Below are positions 37,986 through 51,193 of a DNA stretch of 64,000 nt, in pieces. The translations under genes and the position numbers were made by a program. Each line of letters opens with the position of its first letter. Within the stretch, counting starts at the first letter, position 1. Source of the DNA: Phoronis australis (taxonomy: Eukaryota; Animalia; Phoronida); the NCBI GenBank assembly GCA_002633005.1, contig NMRA01000455.1, positions 276,595 through 340,594 of the forward strand. Direction: 5' to 3'. The notes beneath the pieces were generated by a model, which did not search any database, was not told the DNA's origin, and worked only from the letters and a program-made list of their open reading frames with translations.

Positions 37986-38771
37986 CAGTGCTGTAGTGAT
38001 CACAGAAGTGGTTTTCTAGGCCTCCAGTGGCCTACGGCCCATGGCCTAAGTGGGGCGTAGGCGCACGTAGGCGCAGCCAACCACCTTTTGCTTTTTATCG
38101 TAGCGCCTACCCATCGTAAATTACGGCATAGTGGGGCGTAAGCGCACATAGTTGCAGCAAACAACCTATTTACATTTTATCGTAGCAACCACTACATTTT
38201 AACGTTGCGCCTAGGCACTGAAAGTGACGGGGCGTATTCTCAATACGATAGCCCAGCCTACGGCATCAGTGGCTACGCTGACATCATTGTTCCGAATATT
38301 TCGGCGCGAGCGACCACCAGGCATACATATATGCTTGCCAAGTAATGTAACTTGTACTAATATTTCAAGATAGAGAAATAGTTATGGTGTCGCATCATAG
38401 GTGGATAAATGGGGTGGGGGGAGTGGCGAAGGGCCCCGAGGATACACCCTAAAAATAGCCGCAGCATATTCATTTCTTGGTGTAACACTCCAATTCTCCT
38501 TTATACTGTAATTGTGCTTGGGCCCCCTTCAGAGACTGCTTGGGGTGCACGCGTACCTTTGCCTTCGAATATGTGTGGTTGTACCTCTTTCTGCGACATC
38601 CAAGATCTGCCACTGTAGACTTTATATAAATACCCCCTTGTGAGTCAGAAAGTAGGCCCGCATGTTCGCGAGCCAGGTTTTGCAGGTGCAATGAACTTTT
38701 AAAATTCAGCGCTAAAGGCGATACGATGGGCTTTGGGCGCCTACTTACCTCTAATTACCACTACAGCACTG
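37986..38771. mobile_element. hAT-type MITE with a nested insertion
   Basis: Perfect 13-bp TIR CAGTGCTGTAGTG; internal GGGGCGTAGGCGCA repeats; shares sequence with 47867-48022; TSD decayed (5/8). Confidence 0.75.
38396..38615. mobile_element. Nested MITE of the CAGTGGCGGATC family
   Basis: CATAGGTGGATAAATGGGG / CCAAGATCTGCCACTG ends; no clear TSD. Confidence 0.45.
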
Positions 38772-41700
38772 TATGCTGGTTGTGCTTGGATTTTATCCTT
38801 GAGGATAGTAAAGTGAAATTCATCGAAATGTTGGACTTGTAAATACAGCGTCACAATGCTGACAACAATTGTGCTGAGTTTTCAATAACTAATTTGACCC
38901 AAAACCAAAATCGTCAATGTACCTTTCTTTTTCGCTAAATTTTACTGTAAACACACGGTCACGTGACCGTTTGCTAAAAAGTCAAACATCAAATTCCGCA
39001 GCTTTTCTACTTTCAGAATATATCTACTTTTAAGGAGTTAAAATTTATACTTTCCTGGATCAAATTTGTTAAATGTACAGGCATGTCGATAAGGTCCTAC
39101 CTAGCCTTAACTGTCACCAGTTCAAAGAGCAGCTGATTATTGTCGGGTGGCGTTAATATTGGCGGCGCATTATTGTAATTGTATCTAGAGAAGGCAGGAA
39201 GTCACAAAAAACGGAACAAGAAGCAATTTATTGTTACAAGACGGCTGCAAGTGAAAGTAGTTGCTTATGACCGCGAAAAAAATGTCAATTGTTCACAATG
39301 AAAGTGACAAAGTCAGTGAGATTTGTAACTTTAAACAGATGGAAACGAACTCCTGTTTTCTCACATGAACTGGAAGGTTTTACTACACGACTGGCTAATA
39401 ACATCGACTACGTCTTTTATAATATTTTTGCGATATTACATGGCCGAATCACAAAGTAGTGCAAAATAAAAGTACATACGCCCTACACTTTGGCGTCTGC
39501 AAAACCCTAATAACAACCAAACAATGCCGGAATTCCGTGAAGGTGACAAAGTTGTGATTCAAATCTGACACGCTTCAATATGACATCCAAAGCAGCATCA
39601 TCATGTATGTACTCCCAGTCGGAAAGACATACAAACAACTTAAACGGACCGATCTTCCGCGGCGAATTTTTTATTCACGTTCATTCAAACGGAGACCAGA
39701 CACAAGAAACCACGCGGTGAGGCTGACTGGCTGTGCTGTCTTTAGGTCAATTCAGTGCTCACGAGCGGTGAAGCTTTGCTGGCTGTTCTTTACAAAACAT
39801 TTGTTAAGTTATAATGTTACAACTTCAAAGAGTATTATATTCTAACTTGAACGTTGTCAATGAATACAACTGCACTTTGTTTATGTTAAAATAGCATTGT
39901 CGTTTAGTTCCTGCTATACATTAGCAACCAAATACATGTACATCTTTAATTATCTTTACCGTAGAAAACCGTACAACATCACGATTCAGTCGCTAAGGTT
40001 CTGTGCCACTATCCTCGCTGGTTCCCTGCGTGCCGCTAGGTGGGGCGGTAGCCTTGCCAGTACGCAGGTATCACATAATTTTCCTCGGGAATTTTTTTAC
40101 ACCGGCGTTTCTGATTGGCTAGTCGAATTCTCAACTGGCATGACTGATGGACTGAATTGTAGATATGGTCTGTTCTACAGACAAATCGGTGCTTAAAATT
40201 GATGTCCAGGAAATGTGAAGCCTGGGAATTGTGATTGCGCCGTTTTGGAATGCATCTTTGTACTGTCGATATGATTTACGGATTTTTAGGCAAACCTTTG
40301 GCAAATGCTAGTCGACTTAGATCTAACAAAATATGCCATTTTGGTCGACATAACTTTCAATATTTTAATATGAAAAACAAAATAACCGAATGCTCGGCCG
40401 CATTCAACTCACAGGCAGCTGACGTCTTATCACTACCGTAAATCATGAGAAGCTCAAACGTAAACACAACCTCTGCATACTTAAGTATCGTGGCCACTCG
40501 CAGTAGGCCTACCCGCGGATGCAGGACTCAGTTCAGACACTCAACTGAGCAAAATTATTTATTATGCTGCAACCTCAGTATTCACTATGTAACATATTCA
40601 CAAAACATTCTTAATTCTTAGATTTTGAGGATTGACGAAAGTCACGATACATAGAATTATCCAAATCTATCTGTGACTCGTCTGATGCTACTTGGTCCGT
40701 ACTGATACTGATAGGCTAAATCAGTGGTTGACTCGGTGTACGAGTTCTCATGGCCTCCACTGAAGGCGCCAGCATGCGTGTGACGTCAGTGGACAAGCGG
40801 GTTTTGGCCAACATTCACCATTCTGCAGCTTCTGCGTGCTGGCTGGGCTAAGCACAGAGGGAACCAGCGAGGTCACTACCATACTCAAAGTCCAGGCCAA
40901 GTGCAAACCATTGTTATGCAAATAGGCTACTGCAACATGAACACCCGGAGAACACAGTAAATACAAGTGGCGCTGTAAACCAACACTAGAGCAGCAACGA
41001 GGAAAAGAAAGAGTGCATCGTAAGATGTACGAATATATTGAGTGTAGGAACATAATGATTTGCAAGGTCGGACACGTTTTCACGAATTCCACCCCAAGGC
41101 AAATATTATTTTATTCAAATTGTTAGCATACGATACAAAGAAAAAGCAACTCTTAAAATTTCAGTTAAAACCATTGATTACAAATTATCGCTATCTCCAA
41201 CCACTTTGGCGTCGGCTGGCCAGTGAAAAGGAATCATGAGAGATAGAATCAAAATTCATTCAACATGATGAAAATCTTTGCTACGAAACAACCCCACAAT
41301 GTTCAATTTCTGGTAGCATCAATTTATAACCAATTTGTATATTATAGTTCTCCACCACGCATGCAGAACTGGAAACCATAGGCTCGTGTGTTGCACATCA
41401 TTTTCTTCCAGCTCAGCGTGAGTTTTTCGTAAATGATAAGCTCGTGCCAGAATTAAAGTAAAGACAAGAAAACGTGCGTGAGTAACATTTTATGTGCAAA
41501 ACACACGGTTTCAGAAGACTGAAGCAGTTGTAATGAAGTTTGTTGAGCAACCTTTATATTGTACGTGCCTTAAAAAGATCGGATATGAATAATTATGTTA
41601 AAATTAAACCACAGAGGACATTTCGCACAAGTTACCTCTGAAATACGCTATGTTGGCGGTGATCTCAAATTCAGTCCAGATATCATGAATATCTCTAATA

Positions 41701-44700
41701 CACAGGTCTGCATTATGGTTTCTTGGGGCTTCCAAGGTATCCTAAGTCTGGGGACTCCAGTCGCTACAGTTCCCTATTTCGCCAAACTTTTGAAACCGCC
41801 CCAGCAACCCTGATCTCCAAAACTTTTGAAAGGCTACCGTGGTGAAGAGAGGAGCCCCAAATTCACTTCCTGTGATCACCGTTTTTTCCAGTTGCCCTCA
41901 ACGGTTGCCACGACTTTTAGAAGCCCCTATGATGAGACGGAGCCGACATTCTTAAGCAACAGTTTACATATCCAGCTAGCTAGCTGTATGAAGACTATAA
42001 TAGTCAAAATACAGCTATGTACCACTTAGCAAGCCAGCTAGTTGTACGAAAACTATCGTCAAAGTACAGATAGGTACCACTGTGTGTTAGTTTTCCATAG
42101 ACCCCGAAATTGCAAACAGCCAGGCTAGTTCTGCTCGTCACCTCGCCGTGAAACTTGTATCAACATGTTAAGCTAAAGACCGGACGGGGTGCACGCAAAA
42201 TCTGGGAATCAAACAACACTCACCTTGCCCGTTACAGCCGTTTAAGTGGAAAACAATCTAAAAAACGCCATTTTCTTGCGTAATCCACCGCCTTTTCTAA
42301 TAAAGAAAAGTTATGTAATCGTATTGAAAACAGTACGCTCGTGACGCGGGCACGCGCCATTTCCTAAAATTTTGCGACATCTCTCGGGAGATGATAATAC
42401 CTTGGCAGCAGCAAAATTTGTTCTGAAATTCGGTTTTTCGGTATCAATTTTTTAAAAGCTTATAATGAAGTGAAACCAGGGCCGATAATTTGTTGTCATG
42501 TGTACACAACCTCGTGAAAGAACAACAGTTGATTAAAGAATCGACGAAAAAAGAAACTGGCCAATGGGTGACGCAATATTTCATGGCGCCGAAAGCCGAC
42601 GCAGAAGTTCACTCCCCAAATTTAGCAGCAGAATAACAATAAGACGCCAATTTTTCCAAAACCAGAAAGTAATTTTATTTACTCAAATGAGTGTGTAGTT
42701 TTTAATGACACGGATTTTGTGTCATATTTTATTTGGTCATTTTTTACCCACATCGGCACAAAGCTGTATACTTAGTATACTGCTTTGTACCAAGGCTACA
42801 GTTTACATTGACGATAGTCGTAACTTTTGGTCATTCAGTCAATAAGTCCAATCTTTACGCCGTAGCAGGTTAACTTTCTGTCCTAGCCTAGACTGATTTC
42901 AGTTTAAATTTTTGTCTTTCAAGAAATTTCATAATATGGTGATAAACATTTTGGTTTTAAGTAAGTCTCATTTTGGTTTAAGTTAAGACAGGAATGTTTT
43001 CATGAAACCGGCCTTTGGTAAATACTAGACATCGTAACATGAATCGCTCTGAATTATATTTACTAATGACTTCCCACTCATGAATATCGAATACATGTAG
43101 TAAAGACTAACAGTTCTCCATTTAATGCAAAGTTGAAGTAAAACAGAGCCATAGACATTTCTATCAGCAGTCACGAGGAATTGAACTTGCCAATTTAAAT
43201 AATGTCCAGTTTAAACACATAGTCACACCAGTCAAAAGTACCTTCCCCGGAAGTTGCTCTCTAAATGTGACCTTGCTATTTCTTTCCTATTGTAAACAAA
43301 TTAGCCACATATCAACCAATGAGAGTTGTGCTAACTTACTAACCTAAAGTGACCGGAAAGACGAGTAGTCGACAACTCAAAATGTCTATTTAAGAATCGG
43401 CAATTTCTGTAATCACAAATTTCTTCACAGAAAGTTTAGCCGAGACTATTTAAGCCATACCAGTGCGGTCTGCTCGAGACGTGGCGTTTTGAAAGTTATG
43501 ACTGATTTCTTAAAATGTCGACTAATTCGCAGAGTTGTATAGAGTCCTGAAAATAGCCATTCTGATTGCCCACATCACTGTTGACGCATATGCGTTCTTT
43601 CCCGCGGACCATACTTTCATCAGTGTAGGTCATACCATCGCACCTCGAAATGGCAGAAACTTTTCTCATTGTTCCAGAAATGTTAACCTGCGCCCGACTG
43701 ATGTCACAAGTTTTCATTCAAGGATTGCGTGCAACCAGCACCCTGACATGATCGACCACTTTATCGGAATGTTTTGGCAAGCGGTGACACTTTGTAAGTA
43801 GCAAGACACACGGGGATGGTGTAGCAACTCTATGTCGTCCACGTCATTCTTTGATTCATCAGCTGTGAATCATGAGATGGACGTGAGCCCATCAATGCAA
43901 ATGCAGGTAAAACCCCAGGGTAACTAGTTTCACATAAAGACAAACATTGCCAACGCCCCCCTCCCCCTTTACCGTCTTCTTAATAGTTCCGTCTAGAGTT
44001 CTATGATTTCAACAAGAACAGTTCTTGCTAGACTGTGTTCAGATTTTTAACAGAAAAATCGAGACACAGTCCATGATGCCAGACATCTATACCGGCATAT
44101 ATATTGTGTCTATGCCACTATTTTATCATATGGATACACATGTACATTAAAAATTATTTTCACTATCACACATAGGTAAACAAATTACCCTGCTATCTAT
44201 CATCATGTGCATTTATTTGATAAATATTACTCATTATAACCCGCTTTATAAAAAGATAAACATACAGAGTAGACATCTAACACGATGGAACAGCACACAT
44301 TTTCACGTTTCTTGTACACAATCAAAAATAAAAATTCGGTCGTATCAAAATTTTCTTGATTTTTGCTTCATGTCAAAACACATTCGCTACGAATCGCGGA
44401 CATGGGTACAAAGCTCCCCCTGTCGATCAATCATGAAATCCAGTGTAAATGAAAATTACGTTAAGCTTCGTCCAATGCCAGCTTTGAAAACCGCTGCTAT
44501 AGATCATGTTTTTCGAAACCTTTTTAATGCGGCTATGTAGCGTTCCTGAGTACACATGAGAATCCCGGGGACAGAATGACTTTCCCGATTGCTTCAACGG
44601 GACGATGTGCCATCGCTTACTTGACGAATTCGAAATTGAAGTTGGGGACTTTGGCTTGACCTGATCAGCACTGCATGAGAGTTCAAGATTATCAATAACC

Positions 44701-46614
44701 TAGGACTATGTACTACTCCCAGAAAAAACGTAATGTCTTCTTTTCATGGGAACGTTGCCAATTTCACCCCATTTCTTCAGAGCATCCCAACGACTGATTG
44801 TCTGCAAACCTCATAAAAAACGGAGAACAGCAAAATACATCATGTGGAGAATTTCTCGCTTACACTGGTCACTGCTCTGAGTCCCTAAGCTCCAGACAAC
44901 TTTTAGAATCCCTATTCAACACACCCTTTGTATTGACGTAGATCTGAGCTAATGAAATGGAAAGGTAATAGCTAGCAATACTTTCTTAACAATGGTGGTC
45001 GTTATTACACCCAAATTGTTCTTTCTCTGGCATTTGCACAGAGTAAAAGCCTGCCATATGGAGAGCAGTTTCGACTAGGTACATTTTAAATATTACAAAA
45101 AGACTAAAAAGTTAATTTGCGTTGATCTTGACAAAGGACCACATCCCAAAGGAACGTTGGTGTTAAATATGTTTCATACCTGTTTTCATTACTTTATTTT
45201 AACATTCCTATCTACTTGCTTTTTTCTTAGCGGTTAGGCTTGCTATCCTTTTATTTTGTGTTTTACCGAAGCATCAAAATAACTTAGAAGTCAGTTAATT
45301 GTGAACCCATTCCTGAATTTTCCTGATTGCGGTTACACCAAACATGTCACAGCAAACAAAACTTCACGTGCCATTAGTTCAAGTTCAATCTTTATTAGAA
45401 CTCTCAACTCACAAAATATATACAAATGTGCAAATATGGTGATAGCCAAACTGAAGATTTGGAACCTCTGGACAATTTTGGTTGCAGTAACTACATAACT
45501 ATTTTAGCTTTTCCTCAGTCTTAAAAATGAAATCACAGCTCTTGCCCACCGACCAACCTCATCCACTACTTGCACTCTCTCGTTGACTACAAAGCTAGCC
45601 ATCTTAGTTGTCTTCACAAGTGTTCCAATACAACTACAAGCTAAGTATCGAAATTGGCGCATTTCCGCGAATAACAGTTTTCTGGTTAGTGTATTCACGC
45701 TATGTTTCAATGTTTTTGTTTAAGTTCGCACAGCCAAACATGTCATTTGACTCTGACCCGGATGTGATGCTAGATCGCGTGTTGTACATTTTGACCAAAC
45801 TGAGATGCGACATCAGATTTTTAAAAACTCGGCGAAAAAAAGTGATTGTTTAGGTTTTAAAACTTCACAAATTATAAGACCTTTAGATAAGATGAACATA
45901 AAGAGACATGTTCCACGGAAGTCGTTAGGGGCATGACGAAAATCGTCAGGATTGGTTGATAATATTGTCTTGTAGACGAAGTTTTATGCCAGCCCACAAA
46001 CAGGAGGCTGATTTCTGTGGAAAGATATGCCGACCAAACGACGGGATTCTATCGTGGTGGACAGCTATCATGCACATGTAAAAGACAAAAGGAACTCAAA
46101 ATCATTCTCCTTCTCCGTCTACTATTACGCTACCTCTTCTAGGGTATCAGTACAGTTACGTTGCCGCTATCGCCCTGGATGTCCCCAAAACTACCATTGC
46201 GTATAAGGGCCGCGACACTATACTCGCGTGCAGATTTAAGCTGCGTGGCCAGGGCGAGACGTTTGTTAGTGCCCAGTGGCTGCACGGCAGAGACGCCCAG
46301 TGGCTACACGACAGGGAACAGCAGCAGGTAACTGACAGAAGCGGTCAAATTTTGAAGTTCCAAGAGCACTTGCGTTGGAAAGGTAACTTACAAGATATCT
46401 TATCAACTTGTTTCATCATTCTGTTTTGGAGCTTTTACATAAATTAGCTCAATAGTTGACTTTATTTTGAAATGGCTGAGCCATATTGAAATTCACTAAC
46501 CCGCCAAACGGAGATCAGGTCTTAATTGGACAGGCGTTCAGCGCCTCCTATACATACAGATCCAATATAATATGGAGGGGAGGCTTCAACCCACTGTCAT
46601 AGACAGCGTTTCAA

Positions 46615-46990
46615 CGCCATTTCCTGCTATTACAATGCTGTGCAGTGGGATGTACTAATGTGTTACGAAAAAGGCAAACCTTTCAAAATATCAAAGGATG
46701 GACAAAGAAATCATGTTCCATACATTTTCCACTGTCGAGAGGCGAAAAAGCCAGTAGGTGCGGCTGATAAAGATGGATAACTTCGATCTTAACTGTTGCC
46801 AAAAAGCTAAAATGAATTTGTGAAATTAAACTACTCAAACAACTGGAGCAAACGACAGTGGAATTTATTCCTCTGCTTTGAAATTAATGAGCCACTCTGT
46901 AGTAACTGAATTTCTGTCTACTAAATCTGAGTCAGGATCAATCGTAAGCCATTTTCGTACTTCAATTACTGTAGAGAGCGCCTAAATGAA
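46615..46990 (+). mobile_element. Decayed THAP-bearing DNA transposon fragment
   Basis: CCAVGCTN...GWTKKSCSIHF...RCG THAP-like N-terminus; homologous to 1278-1720. Confidence 0.55.
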
Positions 46991-47866
46991 AAGTCCCCCA
47001 TTGCTGTCAGATATGATAGAGTTAAATATTGTTTAATTCAAACACTTCCTGCCAAGGTGATTCCTGTGGCTCAGCATCAGGCTATTATCGCATCCAAAAC
47101 ATCGTTGATGTTTGATTGTCAGTTTCCCACACTTTGTTCCAAACTCCTGTTAGACTTTTAAGGGATGAATGGTGCTAGATGTGATCATTTCGTTTCAATA
47201 GCTTAAAGTGTGTATACGATGGTATTGTTAATAAAAGAAAGCTTGTTTTTTGTTATGATACAAGCAAGTGGAAGGTTCAACGTACATGTACGTGTGTTGC
47301 ATGTGTGAGCCAACAGGTACTGAAATTTGTAGTGTGGGAGTGGAATTGGGGATATATAAACACTCGAAATGGTTGCCTGCATCCCTGCTATTTATGTTTT
47401 CGCTCACCGCACGTACATGTATATATTACACCAGTAAAACATACGTAAAAGTTTTAGTTTTTTAATTCAAGTTCTACTTGAGAAACATTATTTAATATGT
47501 TTATGAGTTTGTAAATCTCAAACCTTCGTGGACATTTAGATCGCAAACCTGTTTATTCTCTTCAGTACGCCACGTGATGGTGTGGCGTGCTGCTCAGAGC
47601 AAACATGTTTGCAATTATTACTTGTGTTATCTATTACAGAACTGACGTGTTTTGGTTGTTTGACCGCATGTTGCGTTGCAGCGTCAGCACTAAAATATGT
47701 GTCCTCTCTCAGCTGCCATCTATGACACTGCTCATCCGTGAGTGCAGCTGAAGTCAAAAGTATACAGACAAAATGAACCAGAATTCCATGCCACGCCAGA
47801 TGGGCAGAAGCTGAATTCATCGTCAGAGTAGTCTTCCCTCTTGGCTGAGAACGAAGGGGATTTAAC

Positions 47867-48022
47867 CAGTGATGGGGCGTAGGCGCACGTAGGCGCAGCC
47901 AACCACCTTTTGGCATTTTAACGTAGCGCCTACGCCCCGTAAGTTACAGTACGTTCAGTGCTCAAGGTGATACGGTGGGCATTGGGCGCCTACTTACCTC
48001 TAACTTTACCACTACAGCACTG
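47867..48022. mobile_element. 156-bp hAT MITE with perfect 8-bp TSD
   Basis: GATTTAAC on both sides; ends CAGTG...CACTG; deletion derivative of the 37986-38771 family. Confidence 0.88.
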
Positions 48023-48429
48023 GATTTAACAGACGAGTATCATTGATAAGATTGTTAAGCCATTCTATAATTAGAATTTTGCTGCCCCAATGGTTATAAC
48101 CAGTCGTTTTTTCGTTAATAGAATTAGCCTCTATAACCGGGAAACGGTATTTTGTCTGATTTCTTTTGTACTGTAGCTTCTCCCGAAACAAGACTCGCAC
48201 AGTGCCCCCTCGTGTCGACACACAGGATGAGGAAGAACCCAGTCTAAACTACACGAGATAGGATTCATCTCCTGAAAGAATTGAGGTGCTGAAACTCGGC
48301 GGTAGAAGCATTTTCAAAATTTGAATGTTTTAGCTCTTTGATATCGCCTCTTTCCAGTTATGCAGTGAAATAAATTGAATTTGCACTTCGGACACTTGCG
48401 CTGGGTAATCGCTGTAACTCATTGGGCAG

Positions 48430-49640
48430 AAACTTGTATTACATCTAGATGACCAGAAAAGCTAAAACAGTTGTGGTTGCGGACACTCGCCGTACAAATT
48501 GGGATCAAATCCCACCCACCATCAAGAATAGAGGAATGCAGCTTATCTGGCTACGAACCTTTGTCAGCTCAAGAAGGAATTTATTGACTGTGAGGGGAAA
48601 CAGTTTCTGGAGAGGACAATTGTTCTGGGGAATCGTGGGCCCTACTGGATAAAAATGTAAGAAGATCGGACTAGAGGAGGCAGTGGTGATCATGGACGCT
48701 ATCTGTGGATGGTAACTTGGGCCAAATATGGAACACCAAGGATAGAAGAATGTGGTTTTCCGGTTACGTATGTTTGTCTTGACGTTTGTTGTCTTTTACA
48801 CACATTTTAGATATTTCATGAACCGAGTGAGGAAGCAAATTCCGTGTCGAAACTTGCTCTGGGGAGTTACTGAGCTCTACTCTCATGGTCAGAAATGAAA
48901 ATGAGTTAACCAGATTTGTTCAGGGGAATCACTGAGCCTTCTGGGTAGCGGGTCAAGTGGGTGTTTGGGTTTATTAACAGACATTATCAACGAATTTCTC
49001 TCAACTAGCTATTTAAAACACAATGGTGATCTTTGACATTTGTCAACTCTCGAAACTTTGGAGCAAATTTTGGAAACTCCTTGCAGTCAGTTAAGTAGAC
49101 AAGTATGATTTACGCTTGAGGCGTGCTGTGCGAAAACTGCAGAAAAAGGCGCTTCACCAAGAACCGTGACACACAGTGAATACGTGTTTTAATTGAATCC
49201 TGTTTCACCACTCAAATGAGACGTCGATGTTTCATTAGCAGGCGACAGAACGAGGATTGGTTGAAATCACCAAGACATGGTTTTGTATCCAAGGGGAAGC
49301 AGTAGCTATGGAGGAATGTATTTTACCTGGCTACGGATCTTTGTTGCATGGAACACTCTTTCCCAGGAATTCAAATGCTGTTAGGGGCCCTTCCTGTGGG
49401 AAACCACTAGACTCTCTTGTTAGTGAAATAACTAGACTTGGTTTACCTGGAGATCACTAGATTCTAATTTGCTGGGCAAATGGTTACGCCAGATGATCAC
49501 TGACACAAGCGACAACAGTGATGGTTGTGGACGCCATCTGTACATGTAGGTATTAACTTGCATGAACTGTTGGGCATCCACAGCAGACGAATGTGGCCTA
49601 CCTGGCAACTTCCGTCATGAAGAGCCTGGAAGAATCTGAT
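48430..49640 (+). pseudogene. Decayed, internally repeated coding module of unknown family
   Basis: EECSLSGY (48531), EECGFP (48745), EECILPGY (49311), DECGLPG (49586) amid stops and frameshifts; part is duplicated at 51200-51570. Confidence 0.4.
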
Positions 49641-49808
49641 GAGTACATATAAAATGCATACATAAATGGTGCAAGAGGATTTTCGTGAGTGTCAGTATCT
49701 TATGCAATAGGCTCGAACTTTGTGTCTACCCACGTCCGATGCATTGCTGGACCGCCTGCAACATATTTTAATAAAACTGGCATCTTTTTGTTTTCCCTTA
49801 TTTCATAG

Positions 49809-50043
49809 GTGACTATGATATCCGCTGGAGATTTTCTTTTGATACCATAATAATCAGACGCACGATAAATTACAGACAAAGAGAGGTCTTATCTACAAGG
49901 TTGGAATGACTGGTCTTTAGTCATCGAAAGCCAGACAGTTTCAAATGCGTCAATCTTCGTGGGTACCTACGTGTGCAGAGTCAATCTCGAGGTACAGGGG
50001 AAGTCTACAGCTGTCGAAAATAACACCGAATTAACTGTAGGTG
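49809..50043 (+). pseudogene. Ig-domain exon (C strand to G strand) with a +1 frameshift
   Basis: Good acceptor and donor; DYDIRW...(shift)...WSLVIES...GTYVCRVNL...TELTVG; 235 nt rather than a multiple of 3. Confidence 0.7.
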
Positions 50044-50159
50044 GTAAGCATAGTGCTATCACGTGTCTTCGTCGGTTATGTCGGTCGTTCGTCATGTCTA
50101 CAAGTTTGGTTCAACGATCTAGAAAGTGATTCCACACGTGAAAGTGGGACTAAGGGATT

Positions 50160-50555
50160 GAGTTAGCGAGTGAGTGAGAGTGTGTGTCAGAATAAGGTAG
50201 GGAGTGGATGAATAGCTGATTGGATAAGTGAGTGCGTGCGTGAGAGAGTGAGCGAGATAGTGAATAAATGAGCGAGGGAGGGAAGCAGTGTGTCAGGGAA
50301 TGTGTGAACAATTGACTGAGTGAATGAAGAAGTGGATGAATGATTTAGGGAGACAGAGTGTGTGAGTGAGTGAGGTGACGAGTATTTGAATGAGTAGGCG
50401 AGAGAGGGAGGGTGGGGAAGTGGTTAAGCGCATGAGAGAAAGTGAGTGGGGAGGGAGTGTACTCGTGAGTGAGTGAGTTAATAATTGAGCGATGAGAGAA
50501 TGAGTAAGGAAACGAGGGAGGGGGTGAGAGTGAGTGGANGAGAGAGAGAGAGAGA
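50160..50555. repeat. Degenerate (GAGT)n/(GA)n purine-rich tract; contains an N
   Basis: Direct reading; explains the spurious ORF 50293-50580. Confidence 0.9.
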
Positions 50556-50887
50556 AAATAAATTCATTATTCTTCGACAATTTCTAACCTTTCTGTCGAA
50601 CTTTTGCGCATAGACTGTAATTGTTATCAATGTAATGAGCTCGGCGCAAGTTGTTATTTCGACTACGGGGTTGGAGAAGCACTTTTTGAAACACTGTCGA
50701 GGTTAAGCCAATGTTGAAACGGGGACGCGGTTTTGTGCGCTAAAACTGGACATTTCGACATTGTGCTGTTGATTTGGAAGACTACAATGTATTATTTGTT
50801 CAGTAAAATTCATCGGAATGCTGTCACAATGTACCACACTCACTGTGCAACAAAATGTAGGGTTACCTAGTACGCAACTATTTTCAG

Positions 50888-51193
50888 TCGCCTCGCCTAT
50901 CTCCGACTTCATCGTCTGTAGCAAAGTCGGCCGCGACGTATCGTGCGGGAAAAACGAGTCTTTCTTCTTACTGGACGAAGTAGTGCATTTGACCTGTAAC
51001 GCGTCCAGTGTTCCGCCAGCCACATTCAGTTGGCACAACGTAAATGAGTACGGGGAACTCGTGGAGCTTCGACGATCTAACACGTTGGTGCTTTTGGTGG
51101 ACATCAAGTCGGCTGGCGTATACACGTGCAGGGCTTCTAACAGTCCTGATCGGCTGTCAGAGCTACAGGTCAACGTCAGGATAAGAGAGCCAG
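50888..51193 (+). CDS. Ig-like (I/C2-set) domain exon, phase 1-1
   Basis: TTTTCAG|...VHLTCNASSVPPATFSW...SAGVYTCRASN...G|GTCAGT; 306 nt open. Confidence 0.85.

Noticed and set aside
40750-41573. Transposase C-terminus with a TTAA end
   Set aside because: Only a vague motif resemblance and no matching left terminus.
50293-50580. His/Ser/Leu/Thr-rich ORF
   Set aside because: Translation of the (GAGT)n tract.
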